In this document: one piece after another, positions 27,365 to 42,020 of the stretch | How positions within the stretch are numbered: position 1 is the first letter of the stretch | How the letters are laid out: the number at the start of each line of letters is the position of its first letter | DNA from: Pecten maximus | Lineage: Eukaryota | Length of the DNA stretch: 64,000 bases | Assembly (NCBI RefSeq): GCF_902652985.1 | Contig: NC_047022.1 | Location: forward strand, 34,844,001-34,908,000 | Direction: 5' to 3' | The notes under the pieces: model-generated | What the model was told of the DNA's origin: nothing | The model's input: only the letters and a program-made list of their open reading frames with translations | The model's database searches: none | Translations under genes and position numbers: made by a program

Positions 27365-28748
27365 GTCAGGGCACTTATTCGATCAAAACTCGACTATGGC
27401 TCCATCGGTTATGGATCGGCTAGATCCTATCCAAAACCAAGGACTACGTCTAGTAGTACTTGGTGCTTTTTGAACAACACCTGTGCAGAGCCTTTATGTA
27501 GAGGCAAATGAACCATCCTTAAATGACAGAAGGAAAAAACTTTCTCTTCAATTGAAATCCAACCCGAAAAATCCGGCTTTTGACCTTGTTGTCAATCCGC
27601 AATACCAAAACATATTTACTCAAAACCAAAAACTCTTACCAACATTTGGCATTAGAATTTCTAACTTTCTTCAGGAACTTAACATCAGTTTAGACAACAT
27701 AGGCGAGTACACCGTAACTGATGTACCACTGTGGCTTGTCGAAACACCTGATATTAACCTTACTCTACATGAGAGGCAGTGGCGTAGGAAGCGGGGGGGC
27801 AGGGGGGGCAATTGCCCCCCACTTTTTTCAGTGGGGGGGGGGGGCAAACATATCTTTTTGCCCCCCCCACTTTTTGACATCCAAAATCTAAAAAAGGGGA
27901 AAAATACGAATTTATATATTCATTTCGATAAATATCTGTATATTTTCGAACCGATAATGTTTTCTTGAAGGCAACGATAAAAACTGTATCTTGTACATCC
28001 GGAACATTCCGACTTTTATACTAGTATATCAATCCTCAGACCTGTGTGTCGGTCGTCTGCAATAGCCTGGTAAGTCAATATTTATATCTTAATACGAAAT
28101 TTTGCTTAACTTCATCACATAGATTCAATAAGTTGATGATAATTTGTGAAGATAATTGAGTTCATAATGAGAACAAGACAGAAACACAACATAAGAATGC
28201 GCGGTTTTAACGTGAATAGAGTGATACTAATTACTGACAGGTACGAGGAAATACAAAAAAAATTCGTACCGGGCACACATATCCTACTCATTCATTCCTT
28301 CTGAAACGAGAGGATCCACCGGTGTGTTACGCATGTGATGCTCAATTCACAGTGGAGCATTTTTTAATAGAATGTTCCGATTTCAAGCACATTCGCGATA
28401 AATACTTTCGAGTCCCGGATATGAGAACCCTTTTCAGTTCCGTGGATTCGAAAACAATATTTAGCTACTTGAAAGAAATCGATCCATTTTATAGACTTTG
28501 ATGTCTTTTACGTTACTCTCCTTGACGTTCTATTTATATCACAAAGTTGACATAATCTATTCGTACATTTATATATTTTACGATTTTTAACCAACTTTTT
28601 TTATCATAATCTTAATATACAATTCGAATGCTTTTAAGAATGACAAATTTTATCTGATTTTAACGTTAAAAATAGGAAAAACGATAGTATATTTGGCCCT
28701 AAATGACCCTAGTTGTCGATGGGCCGTAAAACATAAACAAACAAACAA
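27365..28748 (+). mobile_element. 5'-truncated Nimb/I-clade-like LINE relic, interrupted near 27778 by a cagtggcgtagg-ended insertion
   Basis: RSKLDYGS, LDPIQNQGLRL..GAF..TPVQSLYVEANEP, C-terminal GHTY..H..L...PPVCYAC..FTVEHFLIEC zinc-knuckle region, (AAAC)n tail. Confidence 0.85.
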
Positions 28749-28899
28749 GTGTCAACATGTATAGGTATCTTGATAGTTGTATATATACATATAGTTTTTA
28801 TGGCATTTGACCTATAGTCCTTGTGGCAGACACAAGTGATTTTATCGCATGATACACTCCCCTAGTTCTATCCAGATGTGGTCCCGACAAAGAGTATTT

Positions 28900-30294
28900 G
28901 TCCGCAGAACAGTGAGCTTATGCCATAATGGCAGACCCCCCTGAGGGGCGAGCTCAATTTTTCAAAATTGATATATAAACAACTTCTCTGAAATTAAGCA
29001 ATGAATGTGTCTCATATTTGATTGGTAGCACTCCTATGGGGTAAGAATCCAAAATTGTACAAATGGTGGGACTGACCTCTCGGATATTAAAAGTTGTGGA
29101 TTTGGCTAAATTGATTTAAACAACTGCTTTGCTGTAAAGAAGCGATGAATATCGCTCATATTTGACTGGTAGAATCCCTAGGTGGTGGGGATTAAAAATG
29201 AATTAAGAATTCCGGCATCAACTTTTCATTTAAACGACTTCTCAATAACCAAGAGGCCCAGGGACTTGATATTGGGCCCGTGGCATGCTGGGATCAAGGG
29301 CTATGAAGTTTGTTCAAATAAATGACATTGACCTTCATTCAAGGTCACATGGGTCAAATAGGCTATAATCTTCAAACAACTTCTCAATAACCAATATGCC
29401 TAGGAACTTGATATTAGACCTGTAGCATGCTGTGATGAAGGGCTACCAAGTTTGTTCAAATAAATGACCTTGACCTTCATTCAAGGTCACATGGGCCCAA
29501 CAGGCTATAATCTTCAAACAACTTCTCCTTAATAACCAAGATGCCCAGGGACTTGATATTGGGTCTGTAGCGTGCCGGGGCGAAGGGCTACTAAGTTTGT
29601 TCAAATGAATGACCTTGACCTTCATTCAAGGTCACATGGGTGAAATAGGCTATAATCTTTGAACGACTTCTCAATAACCAAGAGGCCCAGGGACTTGATA
29701 TTGGGCCTGTAGCATGCTGGGGTAAAGGGCTATGGAGTTTGTTCAAATAAATGACCTTGACCTTCATTCAAGGTCACATGGGTCAAATAGGCTATAATAT
29801 TCAAACGACTTCTCAATAACCAAAAGGCCCAGGGACTTGATATTTGGCCTGTAGCATGCTGGGGTGAAGGGCTACCAAGTTTGTTCAAATAAATGACCTT
29901 GGCCTTCATTCAAGGTCACATGGGTCAAATAGGCTATAATCTTCAAACAACTTCTCAAACAGCAAGAGGCTCAGGTACTTGATGTTAGGCCTGTCTGTAG
30001 CATGCTAGGATGTAGGGCTACCAAGTTTGTTCAAATGAATGACATTGACCTACATTCAAGGTCACAGGTATGAAATATTTATAAATCTTGTGATAGCCAA
30101 GAGTCACCAAGACCCGATATTAGGCCAATAGTATGCTGGAATGAAGGACTAGAAAACTTATTGACATGAATAAACCTAGCTTACTCTGATATTTGAATAT
30201 ATTGGTTATCAGCATAGTATCTGTAGAAATGACCTCAATCAACTGCTTTGCTGTAGAGCCAGGTGAGCGATACAGGCCCATTGGGCCTCTTGTT
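28900..30294 (+). mobile_element. HINE-like element with about six 142 bp tandem units
   Basis: Units at ~29241, 29383, 29527, 29670, 29812 and 29954; 3' end ccaggtgagcgatacaggcccattgggcctcttgtt. The 5' boundary is uncertain. Confidence 0.8.
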
Positions 30295-31037
30295 ACGTTT
30301 GGTCAAATCCAACAAGGTGAGTGATATATAGAACCTCTGGGCCTCTTGTTTGAGATGAACTAGAGGATTTTATTTCTTGCATTACACTACTGAGTATGAC
30401 TTCTTAACAATGGACCAAACCAAATTTAAGTGGGATCAGGAAAACAAAATGACTGACAGGTAGCCATCTTGGTTTTTGATTGATTATGTTTTTACTATTT
30501 CTTGGGAACTGCTGGGCGGATATTTTAAAGCTTGAGTTTTGTTCCTAGTTGTGACTTATTTCGGGTCTGGGAAGAAAATACCTTAGGCCGATAGGCAGCC
30601 ATCTTTAATTTTTGACAGTTGATATTTCTTTTAGTCTCCCCTCGTGCCATGAACTGGGGAGGGGTTAGTTTTACTGTGCCTTCAGACGTTCCGCGCTTAC
30701 TTATCCGGACTATATCTTCTACACTACTTATCGCTTGGAACTTCAGGCATGGGATTACAATGCTTTGACATTTATAAAAACAAACAAAAAAAGTGTTTCA
30801 AGGCTCATTTTCAGTAACTTAATCACCGGAACATTATACTTTGCCATAATCAATCTAGGTGAGAGTAAATCGCTTTCATTTACTTTTAGACTGTTTACCT
30901 ACATCATAGGTTTGTTCGGTCTGGTTTGTATATTAAAAATGCATTCGATGAACTGTATACCATCGAACACTTCATGATACGTTGTAGACTATCGATTTTC
31001 AGCATATTTGTGACAAACATTACCACGTTATAATAAC

Positions 31038-31123
31038 ATTTCTACAAGAAGGTGGAGCTAGATTTAGATCAAATCGTCACAAAGTTTGCGAGCAAGAATT
31101 ACAGAAAACTTGATTTTGTTTAG
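31038..31123 (+). mobile_element. hAT transposase C-terminal relic
   Basis: HFYKKVELDLDQIVTKFASKNYRKLDFV*, resembling hAT dimerisation-domain C-termini. Confidence 0.5.
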
Positions 31124-31759
31124 TTCTGAAAACTTTCACAATTTTTCGATCTGAATTATCTTGATCTTTTTTCTGTTTTCTATGGGTTCATTTCTCACAT
31201 AGTGATTAATCTTTAGTCAATTCAACTTCATTTTCTCTTCAGCGTTAGGCGTTGATAGCACGTGTACCAAGATCGACTGACTGAGCATGCCTAAATGGAA
31301 ATTTCCGTTGAACTTCCAAAATCGAATAAGCGAAAATACGATGGCAACGTTTAACAGGGTGTATAATACTAATTCATTGAAAACCCTTCAAATTATATTT
31401 CTGAACCTAACTCGTGAATTGTCAACCTATTGAATTATTTTTTTCTCGGACTGACAGGTTAATAGAGGAAAATGTTGCGACGTTACTGGAAGAATTTACA
31501 AACATTCCGGAAAATGGCGTCTGTTTGGGAGGAGCAAGCAATAGCTTTAATTTCCATGATGCATACCTGTAGTTGCTGTTTTCCTTGATTAGTAGATCAA
31601 AACAGAACATCATCTCTGAAAGTGAAAGGCAGTTTTTTTTAATTTCTAGACAAAACGTGCATAACTTTCACAGAAAATAGTCTGCTCCTCAAAGGAACGC
31701 AGTGATACGTGAATACACGATGCAAAACCTTGCAAACGCCATCTCTGAACGATTTTGGT

Positions 31760-32630
31760 ATCTGTATTGGCTCTAGCATGACTAATGGTTCATGTCTTGT
31801 TTATTTGTATTGGTCTCTTGAATCACTGATGGGTTATTTATCGTTTATTTGTATTGGTTTCTTGAATCACTAATTGGTCATGTATTGTATATTTGTATTG
31901 GTCTCTAGAATCACTGATATGTCATGTATCGTATATTTGTATTGGTCTCTAGATCAAGTATCGTATATTTGTATTGGTCTCTAGATCAAGTATCGTATAT
32001 TTGTATTGGTCTCTAGAATCACTAATGGGTCATGTATCGTATATTTGTATTGGTCTCTAGAATCACTAATGGGTCATGTATCGTATATTTGTATTGGCCT
32101 CTAGAATCACTAATGGGTCTTTGTTTATTTGTATTGGTGTCTAGAATCACTAATGGGTCTTTGTTTATTTGTATTGGTCTCTAGAATCACTGATGGGTCA
32201 TGTATCGTATATTTGTATTGGTCTCTAGAATCACTAATGGGTCTTTGTTTATTTGTATTGGTTTCTAGAATCACTGATGGGTCATTTATTGTATATTTGT
32301 ATTGGTCTCTAGAATCATTGATGGGTCATGTATCGTATATTTGTATTGGTCTCTAGAATCACTGATGGTCATGTATCGTATACATTTTTTGTATTTGTAT
32401 TGGTCTCTAGAATCACCAAGGGGTCATTTATTGTATATTTGTATTGGTGTCTTGAATCATTGATGGGTCATGCATGGTGTATTTGAATAGGTCTCTAGAA
32501 TCGCTATTGGGCCATTTATTGTATACTTGTATTGGTCTCTAGAATCACTGATAGGTCATGTATTGTATATTTGTATTGGTCTCTAGCATCAGTGGTGTGA
32601 CCTTCATTGTATATTTGTATTGGTCTCTAG
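31760..32630. repeat. 44 bp minisatellite
   Basis: Unit gtatcgtatatttgtattggtctctagaatcactaatgggtcat with shorter variants. Confidence 0.95.
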
Positions 32631-33099
32631 CCTCGGTGATGTTGCCTGTATCTTACATTTGTTTTGATCCCTGGCATTGTTGACGGGTCCTGTATTGTAT
32701 ATTGTACTAAGCCCAAGCCACACCGATATGCCCTGGTAGGACGAAGCGTCATTTCTGTTATTTGTGTTGGACCACATAGCTGTAAAATCAATCTTATCGC
32801 GTATCTTAACCTATACCGAAAGGGAGTATTATCGTATATATTGTACGGATGATTAGTTGTATACCTCTGGTAGAATCCACTCATTAATTAACTAATCACT
32901 ACAGGCACAGATATATTTTTGTCTTCTTCCTGTAACGAAAGGTCTTGTCCCTCTCAACTAACAACTGCCATAACTTGTCACTATATTAATACGTGTTGTT
33001 CCGTGTTTGGTTACTGCATAAATAGGTTTGTCCGGTTACTATATATATATATAGAAAATGTTGAAGTTGACGAGATAAAAGTAAAATATATATAAATCT

Positions 33100-33700
33100 G
33101 ATAACTGACAAAAGAAGCCTCCGAAATTCGTATAATGGAACTAAAAACACCTAAAAAGAAAAGCGATGAAAATGTACTGCTACTTATCATGACATACAAC
33201 CTCAGCAATCCTCAAATCAAATAACCGGTTAAACAGCATATGAACATATTAGATGGCTCAGAGCTAATGAGAACATTATGAAAAACAATAAATTTATCGC
33301 AAGCTACCGCCAACCTAAAAAAAAATGAAAAAATATCTAACATCATTCTCTCAAAAACCAACTTACCAGAAGTTAGTAACTATCAGGAAAAGATGTGGAA
33401 CGTGCCAATAATATTAACAGGGCGATCCATCTAATTAAAAAGTAGAAAAGAGTAGGAGGTTAAAAGGAACATGAATAGAAAACGTTATTTACCGCATTGT
33501 CACTGAAACTGAAAACCTCCGCAAACATTCATATTGTATCGCGATCAAATATCCTACGAAGGATAGACATTTACCAATAAGCCGACCTATAGCATAATGC
33601 AATAACGGCTTTTTCATCCGAAACCAATCGGATACAAAGAAAGGCTAAATAATCTGAAATCATCAACATTTAAAAACCTGATTTAGATATAAATATGTAA
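33100..33700 (+). mobile_element. Degenerate Penelope-like element (RT C-terminus/linker before GIY-YIG)
   Basis: Fragments TYNLSNPQIK, FIASYRQPK, CGTCQ, with stops and frameshifts. Confidence 0.6.
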
Positions 33701-34858
33701 CCTTATTGTAAAATTTTGTAATAATGATTATAATAGATAACAGTTTGTGACGTCATACCATTATTTTCTATTAATTTGCAAACTGAAGATATTATACAGT
33801 GAGAGCTCTAGTGCAAAATGTCTCTTCTGAACCTCTGCTAACGTTTAAATATTCTGATCTAGAGAACAAAACTAAATTCCTCAGCACCATGCATTATGTG
33901 GTAAAATTTTATTTCGTTCATTAATCACGTTATATGATTAGTTTCATCTTGTCCCCTCTAAGGTATGTGTCCCGGGAGCCCTTTCATGCCATGATGTCAC
34001 TCTTCCATAACTAATCATGATGCTGTATTTGTGCATATATCCAGAAGGTATGCGAAGGCGTGTCTTATTACTTATAAAACACAAAACAACAAATAATATG
34101 ACAAATGAATAAAACACTAATCTAAGCTCAAATTCACACATCGACTAGACCCATTTCGACATACAATTAACCGGTAGAATTTTGACTTAAAACATTTTAA
34201 TATGATGTTACCACAAAATTACCTTTTAGTAATTATATGCATGCTTAGACTTGCTAAACGTGTTTCGTTTTAGTGACAACCTGTCATAAAATAGGGTTTA
34301 CGTGCAAGTACAACCTCGATATGTCTTTTCACATACTTTCTTACTGCCAACGCTTTCCATAGGTCTTGTGACATCTCCCTTGTTGTTTTACAACCCTCGT
34401 ATAATGCGAATTGAAGTTGGCAGATGTAGTGAACATAGTATGCTGTATGATAAAGCCATCATCAATTTTAGTCAGCTTCCATAATCCATAAATTGTTTCG
34501 AGATCTCTGTGATATTGAATATATAAATTATAGATAGACCGGTTGGGCGGGGGTGTTTACATAGATTTTACATCATCAGAAACGTTAAAGAATGCAAAAT
34601 GATAATTCTAAAAACACAAAACAACATATTTTCTTGGTGTTAATGTATATTTCAACAAGTGTCCTTATAATATTTATAATATCATAGCAATAAAATTATG
34701 ACAAAACCTGACAGCGTAATTCACCAGTAAGCACTGTTTGACCCCAAGTATTATTTGTGTTTATGACACAAAAAGTCCAAGTGTGGAATACATCCGTCAC
34801 AGAAATAAGACTTCGTCCAGCAGCTAACGTGTAGCACTTATGATATGTTTTTAAATGT

Positions 34859-35128
34859 TTATCCAGACTTAAGGAGTAGAATGGCGACTTGTCCTAGGTA
34901 GAAGTAAATGAAATGCTTGGTTTCGTGTGTTACGTAGCTTCCGAAGTTACGTCCAACAATACAATGCCAGGTTGGGTTGTACTTTTTGTCGAACTCTTTC
35001 TTGATGCAGGCGGCGATGTCCTTCTCAATGTTGTATTTCTCAAGAGCTTGTGTTGCGCAGTCTACGGAGTCATGCTGCATGTCTTCAGCCATGTCGGTAT
35101 TCTTAATGACGGCCTTTCTCTCCGACAT
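34859..35128 (-). CDS. DYNLL: Dynein light chain LC8, copy 2 (divergent: A11T, Q19H, Y41C, F86L; possibly decaying)
   Basis: Intact 89-codon ORF; acceptor atttcAG 5 nt before the ATG. Confidence 0.85.
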   Translation of the reverse strand: MSERKAVIKNTDMAEDMQHDSVDCATQALEKYNIEKDIAACIKKEFDKKYNPTWHCIVGRNFGSYVTHETKHFIYFYLGQVAILLLKSG

Positions 35129-38100
35129 GTTTACTGAAATTTTGAAACCAATATACATATACATACGGCTGCGCGGGTCAACGCTCCGTGAGTGTTTGAG
35201 TACCAAATCACCCTCCTAGTACTGTACAGTAATAACCTGTTATATACATTAAATAACCTTACATTAATAACCTGTTATATATATTAATAACCTGTTGTAT
35301 ATATTAATAAAATGATATATACATTGATAACCTGTTAGTAAATAAACATTTACGACATATAGCACAATCATATACTAAGTATATCGAGGATTTTGTTAAC
35401 GTTATTACATCAAATGAATTTGTATAAAGTTAGTGCGCTTGGCATCGTCGGGGATTAATCATATCATATAAAGGCTTCCCCTTTACAACGGTAGGAGTTA
35501 ACTATTGTTGCCATAATAACATTTTAACGGCACATCAACAATAAAATTATCGTTAGTACCAATAAATGGTAAGTAAACATGTGTTTGAAATAAACAAAAT
35601 ATGTAAAAGAAATGAGTCGATATATTAACAATTGGAGTTGAAAACGATAAATGTAGCTATGGTCGGTCACGATTAAAATCGAATCCTCATAAGCTGATAA
35701 AAACAATATTTTTGTCTGTTTCTAGTATTATTGTCATTAAGTAAAACGCATAAATATATTCTTTACTTTGATGTTTTACTTTTCAGAGTTTATAGTCACG
35801 AAAACGGATACAATTTAAAGAAAGTGGGATAATGTCGAGATCATAACACTTGATACAGTGACGACTAGCTGATCGGCAGTGCGCGCGATTGTGTAACAAC
35901 GGATCTGTTACGGAGAAACGCTACTGAGTTGGAATGTGAAAAAAAAATTAATCGGATGATATGGCACTTTGAAATCAAAGTTTTCCCCGCCAACATTCAA
36001 AAATCGGGCAAAATGCACTAAGAAAATTTCAGCTCCTTCATTTATGCACATACAGATTTTATATTTGGCACAACAATCGCATGTAAGAGTGGCTACAAAA
36101 TAAGTTACTTTCCATTGACCTTGACCTTCATTCAAGGTCAATAATCCAAAAAAATTAAATTAAAAAAAAACAACTTTTCAATCAGGCTCTTTGTTCGTTC
36201 GTTTTTTTTTCCTTGTACAATCAGTGCATCTTGTAGTTCATAGTCGGGACTTACTTTTCTCTGTGACATGTTATCAGAAAATATGTCAAGGTCAAGGTCT
36301 AAGCACGAGGTCAAGTCAAGGTCAAAATTAAATATTCAAAATGAGTTAATGTTTTAATTGCATTGCATTCCAAATATCCACCATCGATTTTTCGCGACTA
36401 TTTTTTTTATTTATACGACTTAAATATTCCGATAAGTTATGAATGATGCAAAATATCGACTTCGGTTTATCGACATCATATCAAGTTGACTTTCTGTACC
36501 TTAATATTTTTGTTTTACGACTTAATTATTACGACAAGTTGCGATATTATCTAAAGATGTCGACGTTTAATTGACGACATTTTTAGTTAGATCTAGTCAA
36601 GTCGACATACCTTTTGTCGACAAAGTAACATTTATCACAACAAGTAGAGGTCCATATACGTTTCCGTAGTACACGTAATTGTATAGGAGTTGATATCATT
36701 ATCTAAGCTCAAGATTCCCCTGATTGAAGGTTCACGTATATATATACATGTATATATATTTAGCGGGGGATATCTCTACCATAGTAAAACGCATAATAGT
36801 TAACAAGTTAACAGAGCTTTGCATAAAATAGTAACGATACATTATGCCTGTAATAAGCGTCACCTATTATGATCTATACATGTTTATATTGTCCAACTAG
36901 AATAATGCTTGTTTTCTTCTGTCAGCATTGAATGCAGACGAGGAAAATTCCAATATGGAACAAACATAGAGGAATCAGACGTGGCAATTAAATGGTAACT
37001 TATCATCGATGAGATTAAACACGAAATCGGTTCGACTGTCAGGAGGATATCCTTCATTTTTCATTCATATCAACAAATATCTTTAAAAAAAGATCAACGT
37101 CATAGTTTTAATGCTTGTTGTTATAATGTAAAACTGCTGGTGAAATTAATTAACGAACTAATGCGTTTCAGCACGGATAACAAAATTATATCAGTTTGAA
37201 TCATTTTTGGTGATAATAGGATGCATGTGTATCAGGAATATAATTTTATTGATGTGTCATTTGAAAAGATACTTTGTTTCGTTTTTAACTGCATATCTGC
37301 ATTTTGCATTATAATTTACCGCTACATTGACCAATCACATACTTATCTTGACCAGTAACGCCACCTGTCGCGTCATATCCGGGGTCAAAAGAATATTATA
37401 CGGCTATGCCGAAAAAACAATATATATATCAGCATATTTCCTCGCTAACCAACATTTTATCAAATGAACTATATTCAACGCACACGCATTACAAAAAACA
37501 AAACAAAATATTTAGCGGATTACCTCAGAGACTTGTATATCAGGGAGACTGGTAACAGTCTATATATCTTACCAAATATCACCCATGCCCGGAAGTATCA
37601 GAGTGCCTCGTTCTGAAACCCAGGTGACACCGAATTCGCCGCCATATTGGCTGCATCGCCTCGTAGCGTTTCGAAACACACTGGGATTTAAAGCCTATTT
37701 TGTGGCGAAATAGACCGACATTAAACGCAAGTCACACGTTTGATTTCTGGTTTGGTATAATTTAACAAATCGGTGTAAAGTTTGCGTTATTTCATTGATG
37801 TTATGAGAGGTAAAGTCTTCAAATTAAGGTCGATATACAAAGATACAAAAACTCGTATTGTGCAGTGAGTCAAAATTACCAAAACGGTCCAGGATACTCC
37901 TTTTTTTCTAGTGAAGTGAACTTTAAACTGTTGAATGCTTTATTTTATTTGACATTTCATACATTGTTGTTCTTAATTTCAAATCGGTCAAACGTTTATT
38001 AAGTACTTTATTTTATATCAGAAATCGGGCACTTTCACGTGACGAGGAAGACACAAATTAGCATGTTATTCAAGCTTTGGGTCAAAATTTCCCAAAAAGT

Positions 38101-38667
38101 CCTGGATATTCCTTTTTTCTAGTGAAGTGAAATTTAATCTGTTGAATGCTTTATTTTATTTGACATTTCATACATTATTGGTTTTAATTTCAAATCGGTC
38201 AGACGTTTAGAAAAAAATCTTTAATTTATATCAGAAATCGGGCACTTTCACGTGATGAGGAAGACACAAATTAACACCCTACTAAGTGATGGACATTCTT
38301 CTTAATCTCTTAATTCTCAAAATGACCAAAACGGTCCTAAATATTGTTTTTTCTAGGGAAGTGAATTCGAAGTTGTATCTGTTAAATGATATATTTTCCT
38401 TGAGATTTCATACAAGGATGCTCTTAATTTCAAACTGATTATTACAAATACACCATTTTATATATTAAAAAATGGACACTTTTAACACAATACTTATTAA
38501 ATTACCATAAAATTGATTCATTGTGAATGTGAAAAATGCGTCTGCTTGTTGCGTCCTGTGCCACCCGGTATGTACGTTAATTGACCACCTCCAGCTAGAT
38601 GTCACCATGTTAACACCCCAAACCCCAACCCCCTCCGGGCATGGACGGTTTTACCTACAGCTTATAC

Positions 38668-40471
38668 GGTTCATTCCCACTCAGCCAACATGTTGTTTTT
38701 GCTATATAAACATTACCTGAGTTTACCTATGGAAAATGTAGGTATAGTCTGTTTCAGTATACGTATACATGGGACTCAAAGCTAAAAAATTAAAGTGACT
38801 AACAATAAAAGTGAAGAAAATGTTTAAGAATACCTTTAAAAATATACATTTATATGTACGTATTAATAACAGAATACATATACTGATAAGTATTACTTAT
38901 ATTAATAGTGATAGTACACAACATTTTAAAAATGAAATAATGGAAAAAAATCTTTCGAAATTAAAAATGCACCTTATACAGGTAACAATGATATACAGTG
39001 CACTTTCAATCATTTTTTTCTTGTTTTTCCCCTTTCAATTAGATATGATTACTATGTTATAATAAGCAACTAATTCTTACAAATTGAATTATTGTTTCAA
39101 CAAAAATAGGTGCATTTTGTTAAAATCACATAAAGAGTTAACGGCATAAACTTCAATGATATGTAGTCAAAACTGTTTACAAGAGAATGTGTATGTAACC
39201 AACACAAAAACAACCAATTGTTATTCCCTCAAAATTACAATAAACAGTATACACTTTGGTCCAATCACTTTACCAATACCATTTGTTATTTTTCTCTAAA
39301 CACTTACTGCACTTGACGTTCCTGGAAATAGATTATAGATTGCAATGACAAATGCCCAGATTAGGGTTGATTTCTTGGAGAATGGTAGAGTATCAAACTG
39401 GAGGTAAACCATGCGCAAAGAAGAGGAATATCGCCAACCGGAATCGAGACTCCAGACTCTCAAGATGACACGATGGATGTGACCGCATATGCTGATGCAG
39501 CTTCACATCTTGTCCACTTGGAGTATTAAATCCAGGATAATTACAATTATATACCCGTTTATCATATGCTTGTGCTTCCTGAACATTAACATTCAGTTTC
39601 ATAAATGGACCTAAATGATTATGATATACTTTGAGAAATTGAACTTGTGTATACTAAACATATATACAAGTGTAATTTAACATTCAATTTCATAAAGCAA
39701 CTTGAATTTGCAAGGGCTATGATTACCATATACTTGTGTTAAAGAAAGTGACAATTATATATAGACTAGTATTTCTTTGCAATAATAAGATTGAACTATT
39801 TATTACGTGAATAATTTCGTATGTGAAGACTGCATATATGGAACCGCCGATATGATTAATTGACTTTGGTGATATTGTGAACTTTATCCGTGATTTCTAA
39901 GATTATACTGATTTGTGCTTTATTATTCAATCAGTTTCATTATCATACATAGTTTGTTTTACTTAAACTATTAAAATGTCGTTAAAGTCTTTTGTTTTTT
40001 ATCGTTTTCTCTAAAGTACATTATATCAGAGACTTGTATATCAGATATAAAAGTCTCTGATGAAACAGGTAACGTTGACTCAAACTTATTGATAATGTGA
40101 CCTTTCAATATCAAGGTTAAAATTGAACAAATGTATTTTATGTTTTATTTATAGAACATAATTATTATGATAAAGTGTGAAATGAGAGATATAGAAAAAT
40201 GAAATATTTTCACTAATTAAAGAAAGTTTGAGTTATTCTATTTTAATATTTTTTAATTATATAAAAGTATTTGTGATATATATATTTAGTATACATTATC
40301 TACAAGCTGCTAACAGCATGTATCACAGGTAATACAGGTAACACAGATAACATGAGAATCAATTACTTCTCCAAAACAGGCTATAACTTACCTGTAATTA
40401 GAGCCTATTGTTCTCTATTGTTCCTACCCCCAATGTTAAAATTGGATATGTTGGCTGAGTGGGAAGACACC
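38668..40471. mobile_element. Nested TIR element with an 8 bp TSD and GG..CC ends (Merlin-like)
   Basis: TIR core TTCCCACTCAGCCAACA; TSD GCTTATAC (38660-67 and 40472-79); absent from the second host copy (empty site near 50540). Confidence 0.75.
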
Positions 40472-40480
40472 GCTTATACA

Positions 40481-41023
40481 AGTTCAAGTTCAAGTTCAAG
40501 TTTTATTTTATTTGAGTGTCACATGTCAATACAATACTTGATTAAAAAATGTACATAAGAACAATAAAATACATATTGACATCCAGCCATTATCCGTTAT
40601 TGTTAAATTATACAATGATTAAAATATATAGATTATCAATGTCACATACTTATTTTTTGGAGTTCAGAGACTAACACTAGTCTGTAATAGTTATGGTATT
40701 ATCAGGCTACACATGAGCCTTGAATTAATTAATAAATAATTGTGCTGCATATTAATGAGCAAATTGCTCATCTTAATAATTAATTAAATTTCACACTGGA
40801 TATATGAAATTTACAACTGTACCATCCTATAACGTAGAACATGGTTAGTCTCTAACCCTCATATATGCAAAATACAAGATATTACTTTCAGGAGAATTAA
40901 ACATACTATAACAATGCTGTTGGTATATATTTCCTGCATTTGTACGTGTTAAAAATGGTAGCTGCTAATATAAGCAATCAGAAATGCTATCCATTATCAT
41001 TGATATCTACAATGATTAAAATC
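40481..41023 (-). mobile_element. Truncated LINE-like 3' fragment
   Basis: (TTGAAC)n tail preceded by AATAAA on the minus strand; TATACA direct repeats flank it; absent in the second host copy. Confidence 0.6.
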
Positions 41024-41765
41024 TATACATGTATCTTCAATGCCGGTACATGTAGGACTGTGATCTAAAGTTCTCTGGCTGCAGTTCAAAGGAACCTTGC
41101 AACTTACCTGTGATAAAATTCACAACTAATTACCTGGCTGTGATCGGGTGACATGTTGACAAACGGTGATGAGTACACAAGCACATTCACACATGTTCCT
41201 AATAATTTGATAGTTGTATAATTGTCTGTTGCCAATTTCAGGAGGTATCAAACGCTATTTTCATCAGCGGTATTATCAAGCAGGGACATACATATCTTAT
41301 ATGTCCCTTTTTCAAGTAATCATTGAGGAACATAAAATGTCAAACTTTTTGGGAAAATCAAAACCAGGAATAATATGCATAGAAAAAAAATATTACGAGA
41401 AAGATCTGTGATAAGACACACTAAAAAATCCTCTAAACTTCATAGCATAGTAAAAATATTATCCGTCCGGAAACTGTTTTAACGTCTCAAACTATGACAG
41501 TCAAAACTTTGATTTTTTTTGTTTTGTTACACCCGGCGATTTTAGGTAAAATTTATCAAAACAGAAGTAATTGATATTATTTACGGTCCGTCACTGTGTC
41601 ACTGGACGATCTGAGCCTTGATCTAACACTAGGTTCAGTGTTAGGCGCGGGCGCACAGCCAAATCTCGCGACATAAAGCTTCCGCTCCAGATAACAAAAG
41701 GGACATGCGTGATGTTGCGAGATTTATTTATCCTTCGAATCTCTGGTATATACGTCTCTGATTAC

Positions 41766-42020
41766 CTGTAATTTCTCGATCAGGCAATGGATGCTATATG
41801 AATCAAAATGTTTGTCTCGGAGTGAAAGTTTATAGCAACCCCCGTAAAGCTACACCTATGGGCGCATTATTGAATGCTTTCATTGGTTCGACATCATCAT
41901 TTTATAAGTGAAGGACATAGCGTCTGGTCGGTTCGTATATCCTCCCATGATCCTTCACTATCCAAGAACAGAAACCCACATCACCACGACGACTGGTGGT
42001 ACCGTTTGAGCAGACGACAA
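41766..42020 (-). promoter_or_regulatory. Putative promoter and non-coding first exon of LC8 copy 2
   Basis: Minus-strand GTCGTCTGCT, AGTGAAGG..ATGGG.GGATATACGA, CCAAT, GCGCCCAT, GTTGCTA, then donor CAG|GTAATC at 41765. Same motif order as the other LC8 promoters. Confidence 0.7.

Larger units (their letters stand above)
37526..41760. mobile_element. Non-autonomous P/Galileo-like element with a 7 bp TSD, in the 5'UTR intron of LC8 copy 2
   Basis: Termini CAGAGAC...GTCTCTG; ATTACCT at 37519-25 and 41761-67; partial second copy at 50225-52498. Confidence 0.8.
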
